From Candidatus Coprovivens sp. (GTDB taxonomy: Bacteria > Bacillota_I > Bacilli_A > RF39 > UBA660), in the NCBI GenBank assembly GCA_051892935.1, contig JBJFGS010000010.1:19469-83468 (forward strand): a DNA stretch of 64,000 nt, given 5' to 3'. The notes beneath the pieces were generated by a model. It had not been told where the DNA came from and searched no databases. It saw nothing but the letters and a program-made list of their open reading frames with translations. The translations under genes were made by a program, and so were the position numbers. Numbering within the stretch: position 1 is the stretch's first letter; every line of letters begins with the position of its first letter. Positions 1 through 8,845 of this stretch are shown here, piece by piece.

Positions 1-825
1 TATTTCTCTAATATCAAAGTATCCATTATGGTAGCGTTGTTCTAATAGTTTACTAAGAACTTGGCTATTATCTAAAGGATTTGTTAAATTATTAAATAGG
101 TTTTTGATAGTATGTTCTTGTCTAGAAGTTGTTTCTTCTTTAGAGGTTGTTAAGATGTTACGAAGATTGATATCATATATTTCTGATAAGTATAATAATA
201 CTTTTAAATATCTTGTCTTATCATAATCAGTTAACTTATTTTTCTTTTCTAAGTAGTCTTGAATGATGTTTTCTATTGAATCATTTTCTATATCATATCC
301 GATATTTTCTGCAAGTAGTTTTATCTCTTCAACATACATAATAGCTTCTTTTTGTATTTCCTTGAAATCTAGATTATTTGATGATGCTATTTCTTTTAAT
401 TCGTTGAATTCATCTACGTTGTTATTTGGACTTATATTATAACGACAAAATTTATAGAATATTTCTTTTCTAACATTTGATGATGGATCTTTTTTCTTGT
501 ATGTTACATATCTTTCTAATTCTTCACGAAGGTTTATTTCATGTATTTCAGATAATGTCATTAGTAGTTTTAGATAATTACTTTTTTCATCGTCTTCCAT
601 AGTATCTTTTTTGTTTATATATTCTTCTAACAAGTCACAAAAGGATTCAAAATCAGCATTATATCCTAGTTTAGCAGTTTTTTCTTTTAATTTGGTTGTT
701 AGTTTTATTGCACTTTCATTTATTTCATCAAATTTATCTTGTAACTTTTCTTTTATTAAATCTATATCTTCTTCTTTTTGTTCTGTAATATAAAAATGAC
801 ATAATTTACGAAATTCACTATTCAT
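1..825 (-). CDS. Hypothetical helical protein with an internal ~122-aa duplication; 3' end runs off the window
   Basis: Not in the ORF track. SD GGTGA + ATG at 825 (MNSEFRKLCHFYITEQKEE...), frame open to position 1. Repeat YLKLLMTLSEIHEINLR / YLKVLLYLSEIYDINLR 366 nt apart. Confidence 0.8.
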   Translation of the reverse strand, partial: MNSEFRKLCHFYITEQKEEDIDLIKEKLQDKFDEINESAIKLTTKLKEKTAKLGYNADFESFCDLLEEYINKKDTMEDDEKSNYLKLLMTLSEIHEINLREELERYVTYKKKDPSSNVRKEIFYKFCRYNISPNNNVDEFNELKEIASSNNLDFKEIQKEAIMYVEEIKLLAENIGYDIENDSIENIIQDYLEKKNKLTDYDKTRYLKVLLYLSEIYDINLRNILTTSKEETTSRQEHTIKNLFNNLTNPLDNSQVLSKLLEQRYHNGYFDIREI

Positions 826-861
826 ATTATCACCTATTATAAGTATAACAAAAAAGATAAC

Positions 862-2559
862 TTATTTTAAGTTATCTTTTACATATTTAATAATTTTTTC
901 TACTATTTCATCTAATGATATTTCTTCTTGGTTACCTGTTTTTCTTTCTTTAAATTCTACTAAATTATCATTAATCTTTTTACCAACTACGATACGTGCT
1001 GGAATTCCAATAAGGTCCATATCTTTGAATTTTACGCCTGGTCTTTCGTCTCTATTATCAAATATAACTTCAATACCCACTGATGTTAATTTTTCATATA
1101 TGTCGTTAGCTATCTTTGTTTGTTCTTCGTTGTTCATGTCTATTTGGATTAATGCTATTTGATAAGGAGCGATATTCATTGGTAATATCAAACCATTTTC
1201 ATCATTTGATTGTTCTATTAGACTAGCTATTATACGACCTGCTCCTATACCATAGCAGCCCATTACAACTGTTTGTTCTTGGTTATTTTCATCTAGGTAA
1301 GTTAAGCCAAGCTTTTCTGCATATTTAGTTCCTAGTTTAAATAGATTTCCTATTTCAATACCTTTTTTGAAATATAGTTTACCTCCGCATACAGGACATG
1401 TATCTCCTTCTTGAACATTTACTATATCTCCTACTATATCATATTTTATATCTTTTATATTAGCATTTATATAATGATATTCTTCTTTATTTGCTCCACA
1501 ACAGAAGTTTTTCATTTGTAATACTTCGTTATCTATTACAACTTTGGCATTTAAATTAATTGGCCCAGTATATCCAGGAACAGCATTTGATGTAGCGATT
1601 AGAGCATCATCAGCAAAGTTTATTTCGTTTATACCTAGAAGTTTACATACTTTGTTTTCGCATAGTTCGCGATCACCTCTTACGAATAGAACAACTAGTT
1701 CGCCGTTAGCATTCATTAATAAGGCTTTTACTGATTTTTTGACGTCTATATTTAGAAAGTTACAAACATCTTCTATTGTTTCTTGATGTGGTGTTTTAAC
1801 CATTTCTAGTTCTAGTTCTTCTTCTGTTGATATGTTATTACTTACAGTTTGAGCTATTTCAAGATTTGATGAAAAATCACAATGATCACATAGGACAATC
1901 GTGTCTTCTCCTATGTCGGTAATTGCTTGGTATTCTTCTGATAATGTTCCACCCATTGCACCGCAATCAGCTTTTACTATTTTATAATCTACTCCAATAC
2001 GATTGTAAATGTTATTATAAGCATTTTTCATTATATTATATGATTTATCTAATCCTTCATTATCTCTATCAAATGAGTAAGCATCTTTCATTATGAATTC
2101 TCTAACGCGAATTAATCCATATCTTGGTCTTGGTTCATCTCTAAATTTATCGGCTTGTTGATATAGATTGAATGGTAGGTCTTTGTAGCTTTTTACCATA
2201 GCTTTGGCTGCTATTGTAAATAATTCTTCATGAGTTGGTCCTAGAACATGTGGTTTATTGTAACGGTCTTTTAAATTGAACATACTTTGACCGAATGCTT
2301 CTACTCGACCACATTTTTCGTAATATTCACTTGGAATTAAGCTTGGCATTAATAGTTCTTGAGCTCCGGCTTTGTCCATTTCTTCTTTGATTATTCTTTT
2401 AACTTTATCTAGTACTCTAATTCCCATTGGCAAATACATATAGATTCCAGCTCCAACTTTTTTTATCATGCCACTTCGTACTAGTAGGTTTCCACTTTTA
2501 CTTTCTTCATCTTTTGCATCTTCTCTTAAGGTAAAGAAATAACTATTATTTATTTTCAT
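862..2559 (-). CDS. proS: Proline--tRNA ligase (bacterial type with INS editing domain)
   Basis: LGPTHEE, KFRDEPRPRYGLIRVREFIMKDAYSF, GIEIGNLFKLGTKY, MGCYGIG, PGVKFKDMDLIGIP. Confidence 0.98.
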   Translation of the reverse strand: MKINNSYFFTLREDAKDEESKSGNLLVRSGMIKKVGAGIYMYLPMGIRVLDKVKRIIKEEMDKAGAQELLMPSLIPSEYYEKCGRVEAFGQSMFNLKDRYNKPHVLGPTHEELFTIAAKAMVKSYKDLPFNLYQQADKFRDEPRPRYGLIRVREFIMKDAYSFDRDNEGLDKSYNIMKNAYNNIYNRIGVDYKIVKADCGAMGGTLSEEYQAITDIGEDTIVLCDHCDFSSNLEIAQTVSNNISTEEELELEMVKTPHQETIEDVCNFLNIDVKKSVKALLMNANGELVVLFVRGDRELCENKVCKLLGINEINFADDALIATSNAVPGYTGPINLNAKVVIDNEVLQMKNFCCGANKEEYHYINANIKDIKYDIVGDIVNVQEGDTCPVCGGKLYFKKGIEIGNLFKLGTKYAEKLGLTYLDENNQEQTVVMGCYGIGAGRIIASLIEQSNDENGLILPMNIAPYQIALIQIDMNNEEQTKIANDIYEKLTSVGIEVIFDNRDERPGVKFKDMDLIGIPARIVVGKKINDNLVEFKERKTGNQEEISLDEIVEKIIKYVKDNLK

Positions 2560-2581
2560 TTTTATTCTCCTTTTCTAATAT

Positions 2582-2623
2582 TTATTTTAATTTTAGCTTC
2601 GGTCGTTTTTTATTCCATTTCAT
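2582..2623 (-). other. 13-codon mini-ORF MKWNKKRPKLKLK with strong SD, between the T-box and proS
   Basis: Minus strand AAGGGGTGttaataATG AAA TGG AAT AAA AAA CGA CCG AAG CTA AAA TTA AAA TAA. Confidence 0.4.
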
Positions 2624-2640
2624 TATTAACACCCCTTAAA

Positions 2641-2832
2641 ATAAAAAGGATGGTACCTAAAGGAGTGCTTAAGCACGGTACCATCCTTATATACTCTTTT
2701 TTTATAACGGTATTTACCGGAAATATTTTCATATTTCATTCATGGGTAGGAATATCTTAATATTATTATTTAGTTCTCACTATCCTAAATTCACTTTATA
2801 TAAGGGAATAAGATATTATGTCCCAATCAACA
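2641..2832 (-). promoter_or_regulatory. T-box riboswitch (Pro specifier CCU) upstream of proS
   Basis: Stem I base TGATTGGG...CCCATGAA with specifier CCT (2748-2750); antiterminator AAGGA-TGGTACC-GTGCttaaGCAC-TCCTT; downstream hairpin followed by a U tract. Confidence 0.9.
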
Positions 2833-2847
2833 TATTGCAAATAATAT

Positions 2848-2885
2848 AAAACAATTACTATTGTTTGTCAAATAGTAATTGTTTT
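2848..2885. terminator. 15-bp inverted repeat: terminator of the DUF4176 gene, overlapping the sigmaA promoter of the proS leader
   Basis: AAAACAATTACTATT-gtttgtca-AATAGTAATTGTTTT; minus strand TTGACA-17-TATATT overlaps it. Confidence 0.7.
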
Positions 2886-2895
2886 TTTACACATT

Positions 2896-3216
2896 TTATT
2901 GTCTATTAGCCATTTGGCTTGCTGCTGATGCTTCTGCTGCGGCAGCAATTTGAACTAGTTTTACTTTGAAGTCTTTTTCTTCTTGGTCTTCTAATCCCAT
3001 ATGATCAATTCTTACTATTTGATTATGGTCAAATAATAAAGTTTGATCTGAACTTAAAGATCCTTCTGGAAATAGTACTCCTGAATAATCATATATTTTA
3101 TCTGGTTTATTAGCATCCATAGTGCAGAAACCATTAATCATTACTCTCTTGCTTCCATTTTGTAATAAAACTACTGTTCCAACTGGTAAATATTTTTCTC
3201 TTATTTGTCCGTTCAT
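2896..3216 (-). CDS. DUF4176 family protein
   Basis: YLPVGTVVLL...RVMINGF...YDYSGVLFPEG...LFDHNQI matches the DUF4176 pattern. Confidence 0.88.
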   Translation of the reverse strand: MNGQIREKYLPVGTVVLLQNGSKRVMINGFCTMDANKPDKIYDYSGVLFPEGSLSSDQTLLFDHNQIVRIDHMGLEDQEEKDFKVKLVQIAAAAEASAASQMANRQ

Positions 3217-3286
3217 AATATCATTCCTTTACTCTTTTTCTATTAATTATTATACTATAATTTATTTTGAGTGTCTAGAATAATAT

Positions 3287-3312
3287 AAAAAGATTGCAAC
3301 GGCAATCTTTTT
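3287..3312 (-). terminator. Rho-independent terminator
   Basis: AAAAAGATTGC-aacg-GCAATCTTTTT directly after the stop at 3311. Confidence 0.8.
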
Positions 3313-5290
3313 ATATTCCTAGTTCTTGTATAGATTTTTTTAATTCATCTGTACTAACTGTTCCTCTATAAGCTTTTTGAACTTTTCCATCTTTTATTAA
3401 ATAAATTGCTGGATAGTTTTCACATGCTGTATTAGCAGTAGTTGTATTACAAGTATATTGAACACCTTGTACTAATGTTTCAAAACCACTCATATCGGTT
3501 ATAAAATATGTATCTAAGAAATAGGAATTAAAATTTAATTCACTTTGCACGGAAATAAGATTTGCTAGCATACTAGATGCATCTGCTTCGGTATAAGAAT
3601 AATAATCTTCACCTACATATAATACTTTTGGAGTAGTACTAGTCAATATACCGGCCATATCTTCCATTTCTTTTTCTACCATATTATTGTAGTTTAATTT
3701 TGCTTCTGTATTATTAACTATGTTTTCTTTTTCAGCTAAATCGTATATTCCTTGTAAAACAGAATCATTTTTAACTCTTTTTTCAAGCTCTTCTTCAACT
3801 TTAGTGAAGTCGTATTCTTCAGCATTTACGGCATTTTTAGTGTTTACTAATTCTAGTTCTTTAGCAGTTGATATACCATAGTTACCTTTTATACCAACAT
3901 ATTTATCTTCTAATTCAACTTTTAATTCGTATTTACCAGAGATGTTTTTATCTTTTTCAGTAGCGCTTAGATAGATATGAGCTTTTATTTTTTCACCATC
4001 AGCATCAACTTCTAAAGTCATATCAATTACTTCTTCAGTTAATTCTTTAATTGTACCAGTAACAATTTTTTGATCATTATATTTTACTGTTAATGCTTGT
4101 TCTTTACCATCTTCTTCAATAGTAATTACTACTTTTGTTTTATCGTATCCATCACTATGATTATCTAAAATAAATTTAGCATTTTTACCATCTACTACAT
4201 ATGTTAAATATTCTTTTCCATCATATTCAATACCGAATCCTACTGCACTATTAAATAGTCCTTTAGTATATATATTGATTGATATTTCATCTTCGAAATC
4301 AATATCTTTTAACTCGTCTTTTGCATCTTTTAACTCATCTTTTATTTCGCTTTTTTCCATTCCTGTAATTTCTGCTACTTTTTTAACAAAGTCTTTGTCA
4401 TCAAGTAGATAATCAATTACATTTTCAGCTAATTTTCTAGTGGCTTTTTTATCTAAAACATAAGAGTACTTTGTTACTTTTATAGTCTTATCGCCAACAG
4501 AGAATTCATCTTTGTCTTTTTTCATGTCTTCACTAGATAGTGATTTATTTAATGCATTTTTTAGTGTTTTTACTACATATTTATAGTCTTCTGGTTCAAA
4601 TTGAAATTCTTCTTCAGCTTCTTCAATTTCTTCTTTAATTGATTCAAAGTCTATGTTTAAATCTTCATTTATATATAGAACTTTATCAAATAAAGATGAT
4701 TCAACATATAATTTTTCTTTAATTATTTGTAATGTTGCATCAAGTTTTTCTTTTTCACCTTTTACTTCTGCATCAAGACTTAGTGCTTCGTTTTTTAAAT
4801 CGAATCCTAATTTGGCTCCAAAACTTAAACCATTAGCATTAAATCCTATTTTATCTTCTAGTTCTTTTACATTTGTTTCCAATTCTGCATCAAAATTTAC
4901 TAGAATGGCATTTTTTTGAATGTCATAAGCTTTTGAGTATTCGTCGTATAAGTCGATAGCATTTTCTGCCTCTTTAAATACTTTATTAATACTTCCTTTA
5001 AATACATTCTTTGGTGATGCAGATACACCAAGGAAAATAATAGCAGCTATTATTAATACTAATACTATACTAACAGCAACTATTGGCCCAACATTTTTTG
5101 AAAATAATTTAGATGTTTTATTACCATTAGGAAGATTATTTTCAATTGTTGTAGCCCCTACCATTGGTTCTGGAGTCATTGGTTGTGGAGACTCTGGAAC
5201 AATTGTAGGTTGAACATTTGATTCTGTGAATGTAGGTTCCATTGGATTAGGAACTTGATTTCCAAAATCGTTTCCAACTTCATTTTTCAT
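3311..5290 (-). CDS. Membrane-anchored hypothetical protein with a C-terminal thioredoxin-like domain lacking CxxC; paralog of 6624-8813
   Basis: Pro-rich N-terminus, one TM (IVAVSIVLVLIIAAIIFLGV), C-terminal YPAIYLIKDGKV...GTVSTDELKK. Confidence 0.75.
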   Translation of the reverse strand: MKNEVGNDFGNQVPNPMEPTFTESNVQPTIVPESPQPMTPEPMVGATTIENNLPNGNKTSKLFSKNVGPIVAVSIVLVLIIAAIIFLGVSASPKNVFKGSINKVFKEAENAIDLYDEYSKAYDIQKNAILVNFDAELETNVKELEDKIGFNANGLSFGAKLGFDLKNEALSLDAEVKGEKEKLDATLQIIKEKLYVESSLFDKVLYINEDLNIDFESIKEEIEEAEEEFQFEPEDYKYVVKTLKNALNKSLSSEDMKKDKDEFSVGDKTIKVTKYSYVLDKKATRKLAENVIDYLLDDKDFVKKVAEITGMEKSEIKDELKDAKDELKDIDFEDEISINIYTKGLFNSAVGFGIEYDGKEYLTYVVDGKNAKFILDNHSDGYDKTKVVITIEEDGKEQALTVKYNDQKIVTGTIKELTEEVIDMTLEVDADGEKIKAHIYLSATEKDKNISGKYELKVELEDKYVGIKGNYGISTAKELELVNTKNAVNAEEYDFTKVEEELEKRVKNDSVLQGIYDLAEKENIVNNTEAKLNYNNMVEKEMEDMAGILTSTTPKVLYVGEDYYSYTEADASSMLANLISVQSELNFNSYFLDTYFITDMSGFETLVQGVQYTCNTTTANTACENYPAIYLIKDGKVQKAYRGTVSTDELKKSIQELGI

Positions 5291-5398
5291 ATAAACTTCT
5301 AACCTCTTTCTATTTTGTAATTTTATTATAACATATAAAATAATTTATGATGTAATAAAATATATGTTTTTTTCATAATTTTTATTAAGGTGATTTAT

Positions 5399-6538
5399 TT
5401 GAAAAAAATTATTATTATATTTATTTTATTTTTTATTGGAATAATTAAAATTAATGCACTAGAACTAACTAATTATAGTAAATCAGCAATATTAGTTGAA
5501 CCAACAACAAATACTATTATTTATGATTTAAATAAAGATGAGAGATTTGCACCTGCTTCGATGACAAAACTAATGACTTTGTTATTAATAATGGAAGCGG
5601 TTGATTCTAATAAGATATCTTTAGAGGATGAAGTTTTAATAAGCAAAAATGCCGCTGATATGGGTGGTAGCCAAGTTTTTTTAGAAGCTAATTCTAAAAT
5701 TGATGTTGAACAATTATTAAAAGGAATTGCTATTGCTAGTGGAAATGATGCGGCAGTTGCTATGGCCGAGTATATTGCAGGTACGACAGATGTGTTTGTA
5801 AAAATGATGAATAATAAAGTTAAGGAGTTGGGGCTTAAGAATACTCATTTTGTAAATGTTCATGGTTTAGATGAAAATGATCATTATTCATCCGCTTATG
5901 ATATGTCTCAAATAGCTATAGAATTATTAAAGCATGAAGCTATTCTTAATTATACTTCTTTGTATGAAGATTACTTAATTAAACCAGATGGTTCTAAAAC
6001 TTGGTTAGTTAATACAAATAAATTAGTAAGATTTTATGAGGGAATTGATGGACTTAAAACAGGTTATACTTCTAATGCTAAGTATTGTCTAACTGCTACT
6101 GGTAAAAAAAATAATATTAGATTTGTTTCGGTGGTTATGGGTGTTGATACATCAGAACATCGTAGCTTAGATACATCTAATATGTTTAATTACGCTTTTG
6201 CAAATTACAAATTAAATAATATCATAAACAAAAACGATGAAATAGCAGAAGTATCTGTAAAAATAGGATTGAAAGAAAAGGTTGTCCTTTATGCTAAGGA
6301 AGATGTAAATGATTTAATTAAGCAAAATGAAGTTAAAGAATATTCATATAAGATAGATAAAAGAAATATTACTGCTCCTATTAATGAAGGTGATGTTGTA
6401 GGTCGCTTAGAAGTATATGATAATAATGGTAACAATATAGGTATAGTTGATTTAATTGTTAAAGAAAATATAAAGAAACATAATTTTGCAACTTTGTTTT
6501 TAAGTAATTTAAAAAATATTATTAATGGATATTTATAA
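5399..6538 (+). CDS. dacF: D-alanyl-D-alanine carboxypeptidase (peptidase S11, DacF/DacA-like)
   Basis: PASMTK, SGNDAA, FVNVHGL, LVNTNKLVRFY, GLKTGYT; signal peptide; TTG start after SD AGGTG. Confidence 0.85.
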   Translation: MKKIIIIFILFFIGIIKINALELTNYSKSAILVEPTTNTIIYDLNKDERFAPASMTKLMTLLLIMEAVDSNKISLEDEVLISKNAADMGGSQVFLEANSKIDVEQLLKGIAIASGNDAAVAMAEYIAGTTDVFVKMMNNKVKELGLKNTHFVNVHGLDENDHYSSAYDMSQIAIELLKHEAILNYTSLYEDYLIKPDGSKTWLVNTNKLVRFYEGIDGLKTGYTSNAKYCLTATGKKNNIRFVSVVMGVDTSEHRSLDTSNMFNYAFANYKLNNIINKNDEIAEVSVKIGLKEKVVLYAKEDVNDLIKQNEVKEYSYKIDKRNITAPINEGDVVGRLEVYDNNGNNIGIVDLIVKENIKKHNFATLFLSNLKNIINGYL

Positions 6539-6623
6539 TTTTAGTTATATCATTATTCAATTCTTTATGTTATAATTTAATAGAATATGGGGATTATGAT
6601 ATATAAAGAAAGAAGTGATATCC

Positions 6624-8813
6624 GTGAATGAGCAAAATAGTTTAAATGGTAATGTTGGTCAAGCACCACAACCTGCTCAAAATACTCAAATACCTCCAGC
6701 AACAAATCAAGTTCCTGCTTCTGTTGCAACAGAGCAGAATAATAATCAAGTAGTTAATGCTGAACAAAATGTAGCTCCAGTGCAAACAGTAGCTTCTGTT
6801 GAAACTCCTGTAGCACCTGTAGAACCTTCTGTTACTGAGCCAGTTACGCCAACTGTTCAAGCTCCAGTGCAAAATTCTGTTGTTCCTGAAGCCACTGCAG
6901 TAGCTGCTCCTGTACAAGAAGCTGCTCCTGTACAAGTTGAAGCTGTTGCTACTAATACTCAAGAAAGTGTTCCACAAGCTACACAACCGGCACCAACTCA
7001 AGTAGTTCAACAGCCAACAGCACCGCAACCAGTTGCTACTGTAGTAGAGCAACCAGCTGCTCAAGTTACAAGCAATAGTGTTGAGCAACAATCTGTTCAA
7101 GTTAATCCTACAACGAGTCAACCCGCACAAACTGATATAGTTGCTCAAGCTCCTCTTAATCCTTTGGCAAACGAACCTACTGTAGTTACTCAAGCTGAAG
7201 TTAGTCCTGCTAATGTTGTAACACCACAAGGACAAAATGGTGTTATTACACCAAGTGTTCCATTAACGGCTAATGGCGGAGCAATCGATTCGAGTAATGT
7301 TGGATTTGTTGCTGTTAGTGCTCCACCTAAAAAGAAAAAGAATAAACCTTTAATTATTACTATTGTTCTATTAGTGTTAGTTGGTTTAGCCTTATTAGGA
7401 TATTTTGTTGTTTATCCTTTCGTTATTAATAAGTTCTTTAGTGATCCAAAAAAAGTATATGAAACTGTAATAAAGTCAGCATTTAACGAATTAAGTTCAA
7501 ATGCAACAGAACTTATTCATGATAAAGTTAAATATGAATTAAATTTCTCTTTTGACTCAAATATACCTATTCTTAAGCCATATGGAGGATATACATATGG
7601 TTTAACTATTGGTGTTGATCCGAAAGAAGAAGCTGCTGAAACAAAATTTCTGGCAATTAATAAAAATAATCAAAGTGTAAGTTATGAGTCTTATCTAAAA
7701 GATGGTAAGAAATATTTAAAATATCATAATAAGAGTGATTATATATATGCTGGAGAAGCAAATTTAGAAGAGTTAGATAAACTTTTTAAAGTATTTAGTT
7801 TTAAAGATTTATTAGATGCTTCTGAAAATGTTAATAGTGAAGAAATTAGTTATTTAGTAAATAAACTATCTGATTTATTAGTTACTAGTATAGATGATTC
7901 AAAATTAACTAAAGAAGAAGCAAGTATTAATGTAGATGGAAAAACATTAAAAGTAATTAATAACAAATATGTTATGGATGATGATACTGCTGAAGCAACT
8001 ATTAAACATATATTAACTGGTATATCTGATGATGATAAAGCTGTGGATATCTTGGCTAAAATGGTTGAAATGGAATCTAGTACATTAAAAGAAAATCTAA
8101 AAAGTACTTTAGAGAATAATGATAATAAAGAAACTGATGAAAATGAAGATAACATGGTATGTACATTTAGTATATATACAACAATGGGATTTACTCCTAC
8201 TGTTATAGGTTATGGTTTAGTAGCTAATAATAATGAAGATACATATAATGTTCATTATTATTCTGCTGATAACTACTTTGAACTTAAAGCTGATTCTACA
8301 TCAAAGGATACAGAAACTAATAAAGAAGTTACTAATAATTTTGATGTTATAGGAAGAACTTCTAATGGTAAAACTAAAGTATCTATATCTTTAGATGATA
8401 GTGAAATACTTACTTTAAATATTAAAGATTGGAATGAATCAACAAAAAACTTTGATTACACAATAAAGATAGATGATTTGTCTACTATAACAGGAAGTTT
8501 TAAATATACAAAAGATATTAATGATAAACGTTTGAAAAATTCATTAGAATTTTCATTAGAAATGGGTGATCAATTCGTAGCTTTAGTAATTGATTTTAAT
8601 GAAGATTGGTCTTCAACTATTGCTAATATTGATACTACTAGTTCTGTTACATTAAGTGATGATCAAATAAATGATTATCATAATGAGTTTTTAAATGATT
8701 TATACGAAACTCCTATTGGTGAATTGTTTAAGACTGTTTCTGGAGATGTTACTCCTGCTATTGATGATTATTATAGTGATGATTATTCAGTGGATTTTGA
8801 ATTTACTAATTAA
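6624..8813 (+). CDS. Membrane-anchored hypothetical protein with a ~240-aa Q/P/V/A/T-rich N-terminal region
   Basis: Low-complexity N-terminus, KKKKNK + TM, ectodomain aligns with 3311-5290; GTG start after SD GAAGTGA. Confidence 0.8.
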   Translation: MNEQNSLNGNVGQAPQPAQNTQIPPATNQVPASVATEQNNNQVVNAEQNVAPVQTVASVETPVAPVEPSVTEPVTPTVQAPVQNSVVPEATAVAAPVQEAAPVQVEAVATNTQESVPQATQPAPTQVVQQPTAPQPVATVVEQPAAQVTSNSVEQQSVQVNPTTSQPAQTDIVAQAPLNPLANEPTVVTQAEVSPANVVTPQGQNGVITPSVPLTANGGAIDSSNVGFVAVSAPPKKKKNKPLIITIVLLVLVGLALLGYFVVYPFVINKFFSDPKKVYETVIKSAFNELSSNATELIHDKVKYELNFSFDSNIPILKPYGGYTYGLTIGVDPKEEAAETKFLAINKNNQSVSYESYLKDGKKYLKYHNKSDYIYAGEANLEELDKLFKVFSFKDLLDASENVNSEEISYLVNKLSDLLVTSIDDSKLTKEEASINVDGKTLKVINNKYVMDDDTAEATIKHILTGISDDDKAVDILAKMVEMESSTLKENLKSTLENNDNKETDENEDNMVCTFSIYTTMGFTPTVIGYGLVANNNEDTYNVHYYSADNYFELKADSTSKDTETNKEVTNNFDVIGRTSNGKTKVSISLDDSEILTLNIKDWNESTKNFDYTIKIDDLSTITGSFKYTKDINDKRLKNSLEFSLEMGDQFVALVIDFNEDWSSTIANIDTTSSVTLSDDQINDYHNEFLNDLYETPIGELFKTVSGDVTPAIDDYYSDDYSVDFEFTN

Positions 8814-8815
8814 TT

Positions 8816-8845
8816 AAAAAAATTCTCAAAAATGAGAATTTTTTT
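8816..8845. terminator. Bidirectional terminator between convergent genes
   Basis: AAAAAAATTCTCA-aaaa-TGAGAATTTTTTT. Confidence 0.8.

Noticed and set aside
6642-7235. 197-aa Cys/Trp-rich antisense ORF
   Set aside because: Shadow of the low-complexity Q/P/V/A region of the + strand gene; no SD.
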